The translations under genes and the position numbers were made by a program. DNA of 64,000 bases from Geosiphon pyriformis uo1 (Eukaryota > Fungi > Glomeromycota). Numbering within the stretch: position 1 is the stretch's first letter; each line of letters starts with the position of its first letter. Below, piece by piece: positions 26,800 through 38,372 of this stretch. The stretch lies in the NCBI GenBank assembly GCA_016748015.1, contig JAAOMT010000109.1, positions 269,820-333,819 of the forward strand, read 5' to 3'. The notes under the pieces were generated by a model, which saw only the letters and a list, made by a program, of their open reading frames with translations, did not search any database and was not told the origin of the DNA.

Positions 26800-27327
26800 A
26801 TGAATGTGGTAAATGAAACTTTAGATCTAAATTCGTCTGCTCAACAAGATACATCTTCTTCGACTGCTCAACAAGGTACACCTTCAGATCTAGCCTCGAA
26901 TCTCATCACTCACTCAGAATCATCAGAAACCTTCTGGATTGTGCCTTTAGTAATAATCGCTTTAGGTTTGGTAGCGATAAGCAGTTACAAACTCTGGTTT
27001 CATCGTCAGAAAATATTAAAATCACGGCGTAAACGAAAACAATTATATGAAGCTGTATTAGGATGGAAAACACCTGAAGTCCCAAAGCATGTAACCTTTG
27101 CTGACGTAGAACTTGATTTTTTTGGTGGAAAATATATGGATGAAGACAATGATTATGAGGAAAAAAAGAAATCTGAAAGGGTAAGCTCGAATCGGTCGAC
27201 TGATCTTACTTTGCCCGTGTATAAGGAATACGAAAGTGAAGTAGATGATTTTGGAGAGGGATGTACAAATAATTTTGAAGGAATAGAATATCATGATAAT
27301 GTAGAATCATGGGCTGATGATAATTAA
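26800..27327 (+). CDS. Small single-pass membrane protein, unknown function (175 aa)
   Basis: Intact ORF with AAAAAATG context. Hydrophobic FWIVPLVIIALGLVAISSY is followed by a basic stop-transfer segment (KSRRKRK) and an acidic tail. Confidence 0.75.
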   Translation: MNVVNETLDLNSSAQQDTSSSTAQQGTPSDLASNLITHSESSETFWIVPLVIIALGLVAISSYKLWFHRQKILKSRRKRKQLYEAVLGWKTPEVPKHVTFADVELDFFGGKYMDEDNDYEEKKKSERVSSNRSTDLTLPVYKEYESEVDDFGEGCTNNFEGIEYHDNVESWADDN

Positions 27328-27512
27328 TTGAACAGAACAAACTTTTTAATATTATATTGAATGAAAGGAATGGCTTAAGGTAAATGTTGCCTTGGTAAAT
27401 GTTAAGAAAGAAATATAATAAATAATATAGTTTTTAAAATCATTTAATTTGTCAGAAAATATTTCTCTTTCGAAAGAGATTTCTACGAAACTTTAATCAA
27501 TTATTATTATTA

Positions 27513-27519
<7 letters not shown>

Positions 27520-27562
<43 letters not shown>
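27520..27562. repeat. (AG)n microsatellite preceded by (ATT)n
   Basis: Direct read. Confidence 0.9.
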
Positions 27563-28289
27563 CAAAGTTTTCTTCAAAATGACTTTTTAGTTAGTAAATT
27601 AACAAGTAATTTGACAGTTTTTTCTGAAATTTTATCATAAATTAAGGGCTTCTTTGAAAAATTTCAGATATTGGATTGAACAAATATAATTTATTTCATT
27701 GTTTGAAAATTGCAACCTTTTATTCTGTTGCTTTTTTCCAAAAGAAAAAAATAGAGTTAGAAATTTCTTCGAATTTGAAATTTACCAAAGAAAAATTCAT
27801 AATTCAATCTTTGTTTGTGGAAATAAATTCTCATTCTCTTATCATTGAATTTGAGAAGCAGGCACAATTCATCGATTTTTATATCCAATCCATAATTATA
27901 ATTATTGCCCATATAGATTCTGGTTCTGTGTCACTTCCAATATAAAGTCCTCAAATTCGATCACAAATTTGGAACGAACAAAAGTAGAAACATATAGTAA
28001 CTAAGAAATAAGTCTATCTAGCAGGAGCAAAAACTGTTTAAAAGGCAAAAATTTTTAAGAAAAAACTTTTATTTTAAAGAAATTGCAAAATTTATCAAGT
28101 TAACATTTTTTTTTTTTTTTGTTTCTTTCTTTCAAACTGTAGACCCTAAATTGATAATAATTTTAGTTATAATAGAAAGGGAAGAAAAGTATCCAAAAAT
28201 TTTTTTGACCTCTAAATTTTGCGACTGTATGCGTCTAAAACTCAATAAAAAAATTGTATCACTTTCTGAGTTAATAACAGGAGTTTCAA

Positions 28290-28575
28290 TCAAATTTCTG
28301 TGGCCTCTAATCAAGGCAAAATATTTTAAGCAAAAGAAACCAACAATTAGCCATGTTAAGATTGAATAGCATGTCAAACAATAGTGGAAGGCAATTTCTA
28401 AAAGCACAATTGAGAATTTAGTTGATAGTATGCTGTGCCAAACTTAAGAAGTAATTGCAGCAAATGAAAATATAAAAAAGTATTAATTGTTTAATAAAAA
28501 ATTTAAAAAGCCACAATTAAATTGAAGTTTTATTTGGGCAAAAAAAAATTCGAATGCTTTTGTCCCCTCCCCTTT
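28290..28575 (+). mobile_element. Tc1-like element 3' relic
   Basis: LWPLIK...*WKAISKSTIENLVDSMLCQT*EVIAANENIKKY* matches the Tc1 C-terminus (W..I....I.NLV.SMP.R...VI.A.G..TKY). It is followed by the TIR-like TCGAATGCTTTTGTCCCCTCCC. Confidence 0.7.
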
Positions 28576-30803
28576 TTATTAGAACAGATTATCAATTCAA
28601 AATGTAAAATATTATGTGAAAATAAGTCATGGTTTCAAACTTTACGTATTAATTTTAAAACAGCGGATCAAATAGCCTCTGGCCTCTGGGTAACCAAATT
28701 TGACCTAACTAACAAATTGCTAATAAATGCTAATAACGACAAATTTGATAGCTGAATTTTATCAAGTTATATCAAAAGTGCCCATCGAAGATTCAAAATA
28801 CTTTTGCAAATATACTAAATGCTCTATTGAATAATATTCTTGTTATTGGGTGACTTCTGATGTATATTATATGAATTTTTTTAATATAATTGAAATTATA
28901 AATATCAGTAAATTTATATTAGATTTCATCACAAAATGTATTCTTGGCATTACAAAACAAAATTTTTTAGAATTTCAATCATTACTGAATTTAGGTATTG
29001 GGAAATGCTATTCAGAAAAACCGGTTTCACTATAATATTATTAGTATAGGCTATTATGCTGATTCTAGACGAATTAAGAAAGGGAGAATTACTTGGTTTT
29101 AAAGTTCCACAGAATTGTGAAAATTCCTATTGGGAAAAATGCCTTCTCAATTCCCAATGATAAAACTTAATTTGTCAGCAGCAGTAGCAGCAGCACAAAT
29201 GATTTATATTAAAAATTATATTCACACAAAATGATTCGAGATTGATATCATGTAAAAATTTTAGAATTCTTAGATTCTGTTTGAAAACTTTAGAACAAAT
29301 TTGAGAATTTAGTTCGACAAAACATTCTTTGATAAAAACTCGGAATCTAGACTTGAAAAGTTTCTCCACTGAGGCTTGAAAAGGCTTGGCTTAGTAAAAA
29401 GATTTATTTACTACGTCTCTGAAAGATATATCAATAACAGATTCATGCTTTAAGCTGGCGAAAAACTTTATTCTTGAGCATCATAGGTGAAAATAAATTT
29501 AAAAAAGTTCATTGCATAAGTTAAGCTTTCTTTTGTTTTAAAACTCTTGTCTTTAAATTGAGGGTGATTCAAAATTTAAAACTAAAGTTTTTTTCAATTT
29601 CAAAGACAGTATGATTGATTTTCTCGTGAAAATTTCATTAGCCCACAACTTATATAAAATAATTAATTTGATATGATTTACTCCCACCCCCCCCCCCCCA
29701 TATTAATCAATTACAAAGCAGCTGATTTTCCATCAAAAAGTTTTCCTTTTGAATTACAAATTTTTATCCAATGACAGCATGAAGGCTTTTAACTTATTAT
29801 ATGCCACACAATATCAAAGCTCATCACAATGCATCAATGTTTTGATAAAGAATGAGGGAGATTTTGATTTAAAGAGAACCTATCCAAACATTGGCATATC
29901 AATCTTTCTCATCTCATATTTCGAGTCGAAAAAAAAAACCCTCAAAAATGGCGAGCACCGAGTACATCAAAGGTCTAATTAATAAATTAAATTTGAGCCA
30001 TTTTTCGTTCAGCAAAGCTTCTCCACTTTAATTGTTATTTATGTCAAATTATGATACAATAAACCCAGCCTTTAAAAGAAAGCTCAGCCGTAAAAGTCAC
30101 TTTCAATAAAAGTTTGTTGATGTTTGTCTAGTGGCTTTTGAAGTTTATGAAAAAATTCTGCCTTATATGTTGTTGAAAATCAAACAAATAAACAACGCTT
30201 TACTTTTTTTACTTTTTTAATTTAAATTTTAAAACTCGTTTCGCAAAGGAATAATGAATATACCTTCCTTTTGAGTCGGTTTCTTCGATAATTGTTTACT
30301 TGAAATCTTGACCATGTTCAGCAGATGAATATTGCACATGGAAATCTGCAGATTTTTAGGCAAAAGAAGCGGTTCTATTTCAAAGACAAAAAAAAACCAA
30401 AAGAACGCAGCAAAGAGATGAGAAAAAATAGTTTTTTTACACTTGTTTTGCTCAAGATTTGGCATAGGCTTTTATTAAGATTCTAAAACTAAATTGTGGT
30501 TTATGTGGCCGTTTGACGAATCCGCAAGCTGAGAATTGCCACCGATAGGTAAGGGAGTGATGCATTGTTTGCAAATCTAAGACTCAAAATAGATTAGGCT
30601 GTGCTGGCGCCCTTTGATGGTTTCACGATATAGTTTTTTCGTGCAGATTCAAAATCTCAAACTTCTTGAAACTTCTAACCCCAGTAAAAATTTGGTAAAT
30701 GCTATTTCTTGTTCGAATTCGGATATTGTGTAGATCTTAATTCTTAATGGTCTCATTCTTGTAATTCTTTTAATGACTTGCCTTGAATCATCGTGAATCT
30801 ATT

Positions 30804-32151
30804 ATGGCTGTTCGAAACACTATTCTAACTTTTGAATTCGGTATTGCTGACGTTGGCAAAAAAACTTGGAGCCCTCCTTTCGCAACTTCCTCAGGCAGAT
30901 ATTGGCAGTTACATTACCGAGCAGTTTGTTATCTCATTTATTTTTTTAGGAATATATCAAGTTTTGATCCATTTTTCTTTGAGATTATTGACAGTTAACT
31001 TGAAAAGAATCTAATTCATATAAACAAACAGCACTCACAAGACTCTCATGATAGTTGTACAATTGCGCTAGCTGCCATTCCAAATGAACAAGAAATACAA
31101 TTACCTTCAGCCTGGAATGAACGAAATAAATTGACTGGTACTTTATACATCAAAGAAAATGCTCTCTTAGGGTAAGGGGCAAAAAATTTTCAATTCTTTT
31201 CTTTTATGCTATTTTAAAGTTAAATACGAACCTTCTTTTCAAGATTCGGAAAAGTTGTTCCTCAACCAATACAAATGGATAGGTATTCTCTTGAATTAAG
31301 AGCATTAGGTGAGTTTTTCTTTTATTTAAACAGATTTCTTGAATTTTCAACACAAATTCTCTGATTACCTTATAATTTTAGGATTTTCACATCCAAGAGC
31401 TGAGTTGCCTGAAAGTTTTATTATCGGAGTTACCTTTAGCTGTGTTCAAGATACATGCAAAGCAATCAAATATCCATTTCCAACAAAACCTATACCACAA
31501 TCTCTCGTTGAAGCCTGGGCATCTGAATTGAATAAAGTGAGCACGGCGGACGTCCAATTTATTGTCCAAGGACAAAATATATATGCCAACAGCTCAATAC
31601 TCTCACAAAGATCTGAATATTTTCGAAATTTCTTACGATCGAAATGGGCTGAATCAAACTCATCATCGAGTCTATTTTCAAAATCTTTGAATTGTATTGA
31701 CGAGGCTCACAATTCATCAGGATATAAGTCAATACAAACACCCCTTCAAATCAAATGCACAATTCAGATACCTGATTTTCATCCGGCCACGTTCATGGAA
31801 ATGCTACGGTTTCTTTACACGGATCAAGTGAATTTTGATGTACAGGATCGATCACCAAGAGCCCCTTTAGCGATTTTGGAAATAAGTGATAAATATTTAA
31901 TCAGTGAACTTCGTCAACGCGCAAAGGAGCGGATAATAAATAGTTTAACGTCTGAAAATTCTGCCGATTTTTTGTTTGCACAAGCATGGAAATGGCCGGA
32001 TGTAAAGAAAGGTGTCTTGGATTTTGTGGTCAAAAATTTCAATGATGTTCGAAAATCTGAAGGATTTCAAAGAATAAGGTCAAATACTGATGCATACCCG
32101 ATGGCAACAGCTCTTTTTGTCGATATTCTTAGTGCTGTTAGCTTGGTATGA
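30804..32151 (+). CDS. MATH-BTB protein (SPOP-like Cullin-3 adaptor), copy 1
   Basis: Exons 30804-30923, 31032-31171, 31244-31308 and 31382-32151, in frame. MATH-like WSPPFATSSGRYWQL. BTB motifs ADVQFIVQGQNIYANSSILSQRSEYF, IPDFHPATFMEMLRFLYTD and SDKYLISELR, then a BACK-like helical tail. Confidence 0.9.
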
Positions 32152-33171
32152 CAATCGTTACTCCAAAACTGAAGAGATAGTGAAAAGTTCCAAAACTCAA
32201 ATAGAAAGAGTATTATAAAATAGACATTTTTTTTGACTTTCACATATGTATTTAGTGTCATCACAAACACAAATCATTTCCCAAAAAATCGGTTTCTATT
32301 TGAATACAAGGTAATGGTAAATATCAGTTGCTCGGCTTTTTATGGTCATATTAATTAGCAACTCTTTTCTTTAATTGGATCTAAGATCACTCGGCATCAA
32401 AAATTTTTTTTGAAGTAGGGCTTTGTTAACGGTGTCCATGTCCCATATTCGTTATCAATATTCGTCAAACTTAAAAATCAAGTATCCAAGGTGATTATAA
32501 AAAGGTCATGGAAGCTTTAATATATATTAAAATTAAATTTTAACAAATAAAAATTGACAGAGGGCATTTATTTAAGTCTTTAATATGACAATTTTTTTAA
32601 ACATCATCAACTATTTATTAAGATATTTACTCATTGCTAGAATGATAGAATCACGTTTTCTGAAATTTATAATTATGATTCTAGATATTTTTGAAATAAT
32701 AATAACGTTGCAGTTGATTTATTTTCTTCAAATGAGCGATCGATGGCTACCTGAATCAAAGGAACATTAATTTCCCTTTTGTCTGCACAAATAATTGCTG
32801 CTAGTGTTTTTCATACATTCTGCCATAAAAAATTATTAATAGCCGGGATTGATAAAATTTTTATGATAATCAGTTCTTAACTAAGATCTGTGAAACACAT
32901 TGTTTGTCCTATGGGAAAATGATTGCTCAAAAGATTTTTTTTTTTACCTGACAAATATATCATCAAAAACTAAAATCTAAAAAACCTAGTTTCCAAATTA
33001 ATATATTTTCAAGATTTAAATTTTTTTATATTTCTAGCAACTTAAAATTTCTCACACATTCATTAAACATTAAAAAATATTTTTTATGGATTGATTGAAG
33101 TGTGAGATGAGGCGAGGATTGGACAAATATGTTGAATGATGTTTTTTTTTTTTTTTTTTTTTTTTTAGGAA

Positions 33172-33310
33172 NNNNNNNNNNNNNNNNNNNNNNNNNNNNN
33201 NNNNNNNNNNNNNNNNNNNNNNNNNNNNNNNNNNNNNNNNNNNNNNNNNNNNNNNNNNNNNNNNNNNNNNNNNNNNNNNNNNNNNNNNNNNNNNNNNNNN
33301 NNNNNNNNNN
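33172..33310. other. Assembly gap flanked by poly-T
   Basis: Run of N. Confidence 1.
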
Positions 33311-33969
33311 TTTTTTTTTTTTTTTTTTTTTATCAGGAACAATAAGTTTTTTTGTTTATCCTGAAAAACATCTTTAAACACCAGTGGTACAACCACCCAA
33401 GTATATAAAATTTGCAGAGTGTATATGCATCCTCCATTGTGGAAATGTTTCAGAGTGAAAAAAATTTTTTACTACTTCAATTTGGAACCTCTGGGGGCTT
33501 AGATTGAATTTATTCTTTTAAATAACCTATTAAACGATAAATTTTATTTAGTGTACAAACCTTAAATCTAGAAAATACATGTTTTTTTTTTCCTGATGTT
33601 TGATGTCGATTAATTCCCCATCCTAATTTTTCAATCGAAAATAATATTCAGAGGTAGACGAAAAATATGAATTTGATAATTCTGGTAAAAAAAATTATAA
33701 TGAGATTTGTTTTTTTCTTGCAAATTATAGGTTGATAAAAATTTCAAAATCAAATTTTCATATTATTAAAGAAATGATTTGTTTGGATTTTTTTTTTTTT
33801 AAAGAAATAATTATGATAGTTAATCCACAATAATCTTTTTCCATAGTAAACCAGGCAAATGCAGGGTCAACTACATAGCATATAGTTGAGAGGGTGTGAA
33901 CTAAATAAGCAACATAATAAATTTAGTAATTAATAAATGGAAGAGAATAAATGGCTCGGATTGTGACTG

Positions 33970-33977
33970 TATAAAAG
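33970..33977 (+). promoter_or_regulatory. Candidate TATA box of the Myb gene
   Basis: TATAAAAG starting 58 nt before ATG 34028. Weak evidence in an AT-rich genome. Confidence 0.3.
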
Positions 33978-34027
33978 TAAAGGCTTGTTGATTTCAGAAA
34001 TGAATTAGAGTTTCAAAATTTCTAATC

Positions 34028-34848
34028 ATGTCGGCTAACTCATTTTCCCCTGCTCAAACGTCTGGTCGTTGGACTGATGAAGTAAATATTAAATAATTTT
34101 TACAGTTTTGATGATTATTATTGAGGACATTTCTTCTTAAAAACTTGAAACTAATTTCAAATGTTCATATCCTAACATTTGATTCCCATTCATACACCAA
34201 CCTCTTTCCTAGGAAGATGACCAGCTTAGATTTCACTATTATAAACAATTAAATATTTCTTCCAATAATTTAGGAACATCCTGGTCTAAAATTCATGACA
34301 AAATTCCTTGGAGAACAGCTAAGCAGATAAGAGAAAGGTTGGAATTTTATTTTTTTATTTTTCATAGAATTTTATTTTCCATTCACTCTGAAATAAATAA
34401 ATTTAACGAAAAAAACTTTTCTTTATACCTTTTTCAAAGATGGACAAATCATTTGGATCCACAAAGTAAGTTTCATTTTACAATAAAAATTATTCAAATC
34501 TCAATTCATTTGTGATCCTAACTCCTTTCTTTTCAATAATTGACAGTTAATAAAACTCCTTTGACGCAAATAGAAAAAGAAGAAATTGATACTAAATATC
34601 TCGCCATTGGACCACAATGGTCACAAATTGCTGTGGAAATTTCCTTGCCATCTTCTAAACGCACTTCGCTTATGGTAAAAAATTATTGGACATCCAAAAA
34701 AAAAAGCGCTGATCGTATTCCACTCCCCCTGCCACCCCAAAGAATTCTCGTACCTAATCGCATTCAATGCCTGATGTCACTCGAAAGAATTCTCGCGCCT
34801 GATCGCAGTCAGTACCTAATGTCAGTCCAAAGAATTCTCAACGGATAA
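34028..34848 (+). CDS. Two-repeat (R2R3-type) Myb transcription factor
   Basis: Exons 34028-34081, 34213-34337, 34440-34465 and 34547-34848, in frame. GRWTDEEDDQL...WSKI...RTAKQIRERWTNHLDP-INKTPLTQIEK...GPQWSQIA...RTSLMVKNYW. Confidence 0.92.
34708..34842 (+). repeat. Coding tandem repeat, 3 x 45 bp, at the Myb C-terminus
   Basis: Units at 34708, 34753 and 34798 encode ADRIPLPLPPQRILV, PNRIQCLMSLERILA and PDRSQYLMSVQRILN. Confidence 0.88.
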
Positions 34849-35385
34849 TAATAATATTAATTAGAAATTTAGAAAAATAGAAAATAGAAAAATTGTAAAA
34901 TATATAGAAAAAAAAAATAGAATAATTCGATTCGCTAGATCGTAAATTGATGCCTTCATACCTTAATTTGGCTAACTTAATTTCATCATCACAATGCTGG
35001 TTGGAATTTTAAAAATGAAATGAAATCTATTTCTAAATTTTTATTATTATTTACCATTCAATTTTTAATTCGAATACCAAATTTTTATATATCCAAATGT
35101 TAAAAGAATGCAATCAGCTAACTTTTATTCAAAAAATTACCTCGGCTATAACATTATGAAATTGTCCTCTAAAGAGTAAGAAAAAAAATTGTTAGAGTAT
35201 ACAAAGCTTTTAATTATTCAGTTTTATTGGTCTTTTAATGTTTATGAAAAAATCTATTCGTGAGAATTATAGGAATCCTTGAAACCACCCTCTTCCAAAA
35301 TGTCTGTTACTAAGTTAAAATACTTTTAACTTAACCTAAAACTGAATCGAATCGGGGCAACCTTTAGCTTCTTTCCAGTTGGACT

Positions 35386-36651
35386 CTATTCAGCTGCATT
35401 CAAAGCCAGGCATGAATTTTTGACAATGTCATCGTGATCAAATCCATTATCTTTCAGTTTCATCTTAATATGAAAATATTTCGAAGCTGTTGATCCAACA
35501 CCATTATCATTATGACCACTAAAATTCCACCAACCACTGTCCTCTTTATGCTCCAAAAACCAACTAAATCCCACAATCGTTCCTTCCAAATGTCTACCAA
35601 TCTCTTCACCGAATTTATCGAGTATCACGTAACCCATTACGGTCTGTGTTTCAATTATTGATTTTATCTGTGCCTTGATATTAGTCACATGTGGAGAGAA
35701 TCCTACATCAGTGATCTTTCCATCATTTCGTATCATCAACTCAACGCACATTTCAAAATCAGGGTTAAGGAGAAATTCGCGTTGAAATTGTTTAGCGACT
35801 TCAAGAATTATTTTTTTGAGAGCATTAACAAACAAATCAATGTCATTGGCTATCATTTTACGACGAACTGTCAGGGATGGTGCAGTTGGGGTTGGCCGTG
35901 GAGCTGGCGGTTGATGAGGAATCATAAAGTAATCAAGTTCAGCGTTTAAATCTTCACGTGATATAGGAATGAGACCTTTGGCTGATTTAAAAATGAAAAA
36001 TTTGAATCATTAGGGATTTACCTAAAATTATATTCTGAATAAAAGCTAATTTATTGATAATAAAAAAAAAACTGAAAAAGTAATTTGATGAAAACCAAAG
36101 AGGTTAATTACCATCTTCAGGGACTGGTACTTTTCCAGTGCGATAAAATTGCATTATATATCGAAACATGTGCCCGTCACGATCAATAAAATATTCATTG
36201 TTTCCATTAGTAGGACGATTGAATCCCTTATTATGTTCATCAAATAGAATTCCTAGACGAGTATCTGGGTAGGCTGTTAACGTTGCTCGATAGGTTTCAT
36301 ACTATTGAGAAGATGGGGGAGGGGGGGGGGGTGGTAGGAGGGGATATTTAAAAGAGAGAGTTTGAAATATTTTACTTTGAGATTCAATGGTAAATATTTG
36401 ATTATTTAATTATGCATATAAAAGTCAAATTCCGATTATTTTAATATTTGATGTTGATTAACTTTTTTTTATATTATGTTGATCAATCGTAAAAATTTCT
36501 AGCGAAAATATTTGACGAAAAAAACTTGACAGTAAAAAATAGTAAAACTTTTTAAAAATACCGTTATACCACCAACATTCAATATTATTCGCTCTTTGGC
36601 GGATTCATCAGTTTGGTTTGGAAGAATTGGTTTTGATTCAAATGTATCCAT
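35386..36651 (-). CDS. KCTD-like protein (T1-type BTB/POZ, BTB_2), copy 1
   Basis: Exons 36651-36562, 36301-36112 and 35981-35386, in frame. ERIILNVGGIT|YETYRATLTAYPDTRLG...EYFIDRDGHMFRYIMQFYRTGK...ELDYFMIP. Confidence 0.92.
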
Positions 36652-36765
36652 ATTTTTTTTATTTTGATTTCATAAATTATTAATCTTTCTGATAAGAAAC
36701 TAAACTTTCAAAGGTGTAGAATGTGATAATTTATTAATATGTTATTATTAATATTAATATTATGA

Positions 36766-36769
<4 letters not shown>

Positions 36770-36852
<83 letters not shown>
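36770..36852. repeat. (ATT)n microsatellite inside a probable 5'-UTR intron (36853-36689, minus strand)
   Basis: The minus strand reads ACA|GTAATAATA... and ends TTCTTATCAG, 37 nt before the KCTD ATG. Confidence 0.8.
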
Positions 36853-36853
<1 letters not shown>

Positions 36854-37046
36854 TGTGACTCGAATCAATGCCGCAGCATTTGACCCCAAGTATGACGTTA
36901 CAACAATACCTTGAAAACTTAAGTTTGTCTTGTCAATAGATCTAACCGAGGAGAGTGTAAGGGCGTAAAAAGTTGATCATTTAAATTCAACCCCCACTAA
37001 AATACATTAACGCAAAAAGTCATCAGATCGTTATGGATTTTGTACT

Positions 37047-37570
37047 NNNNNNNNNNNNNNNNNNNNNNNNNNNNNNNNNNNNNNNNNNNNNNNNNNNNNN
37101 NNNNNNNNNNNNNNNNNNNNNNNNNNNNNNNNNNNNNNNNNNNNNNNNNNNNNNNNNNNNNNNNNNNNNNNNNNNNNNNNNNNNNNNNNNNNNNNNNNNN
37201 NNNNNNNNNNNNNNNNNNNNNNNNNNNNNNNNNNNNNNNNNNNNNNNNNNNNNNNNNNNNNNNNNNNNNNNNNNNNNNNNNNNNNNNNNNNNNNNNNNNN
37301 NNNNNNNNNNNNNNNNNNNNNNNNNNNNNNNNNNNNNNNNNNNNNNNNNNNNNNNNNNNNNNNNNNNNNNNNNNNNNNNNNNNNNNNNNNNNNNNNNNNN
37401 NNNNNNNNNNNNNNNNNNNNNNNNNNNNNNNNNNNNNNNNNNNNNNNNNNNNNNNNNNNNNNNNNNNNNNNNNNNNNNNNNNNNNNNNNNNNNNNNNNNN
37501 NNNNNNNNNNNNNNNNNNNNNNNNNNNNNNNNNNNNNNNNNNNNNNNNNNNNNNNNNNNNNNNNNNNNNN
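37047..37570. other. Assembly gap
   Basis: Run of N. Confidence 1.
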
Positions 37571-37807
37571 CTGTCAACCCAATGATGATGTTACTTTTTC
37601 CTCCCAAAAAAGGATCGATCATTTCTGTTCAAGATTTATGGGTTAAAACCTCTCTATTATTGATCAAATAACTTAGTGTAAAAACTTTTTTCACTGGTGA
37701 TAGAATATAGGGAAAACAAGGGTGTCTAATCAAGCCCTTTTTCATATTAAACAAACACCAATTATAAAAAATAAATTCTTGAAACCGATTTAAAATACCC
37801 TAATCAC

Positions 37808-37823
37808 CAATCAATCAACCAAC

Positions 37824-37856
<33 letters not shown>
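37808..37856. repeat. (CAAC/CAAT)n microsatellite
   Basis: Direct read. Confidence 0.85.
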
Positions 37857-37858
<2 letters not shown>

Positions 37859-38076
37859 AGAAACTACTACTTGACAAAATAAATGGGTCAAATTGATAGA
37901 TTCAAAGTTCAAAAAGCTAAATACGGAGTTTTCGAAAGAGCTCCTTGGAATTGAAAATTAAGTTAATCGGCTTTATTTGATTGGTGCGTAAATTACATAA
38001 TAAAGGAAGAGTTGGCTTAGTAATCGCCGAATATGTGCATAAACCTTAAAGTAAATTATCGAATATGGTAAAAGAA

Positions 38077-38299
38077 NNNNNNNNNNNNNNNNNNNNNNNN
38101 NNNNNNNNNNNNNNNNNNNNNNNNNNNNNNNNNNNNNNNNNNNNNNNNNNNNNNNNNNNNNNNNNNNNNNNNNNNNNNNNNNNNNNNNNNNNNNNNNNNN
38201 NNNNNNNNNNNNNNNNNNNNNNNNNNNNNNNNNNNNNNNNNNNNNNNNNNNNNNNNNNNNNNNNNNNNNNNNNNNNNNNNNNNNNNNNNNNNNNNNNNN

Positions 38300-38367
<68 letters not shown>
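38077..38367. other. Assembly gap (38077-38299) followed by a long poly-A run
   Basis: Run of N, then A from 38300 to 38367. Confidence 1.

Positions 38368-38372
<5 letters not shown>

Noticed and set aside
28680-30465. Several short ORFs and pseudo-exons upstream of MATH-BTB copy 1
   Set aside because: I could not splice them into a stop-free model or recognise a domain. They may be decayed gene fragments but are unsupported.
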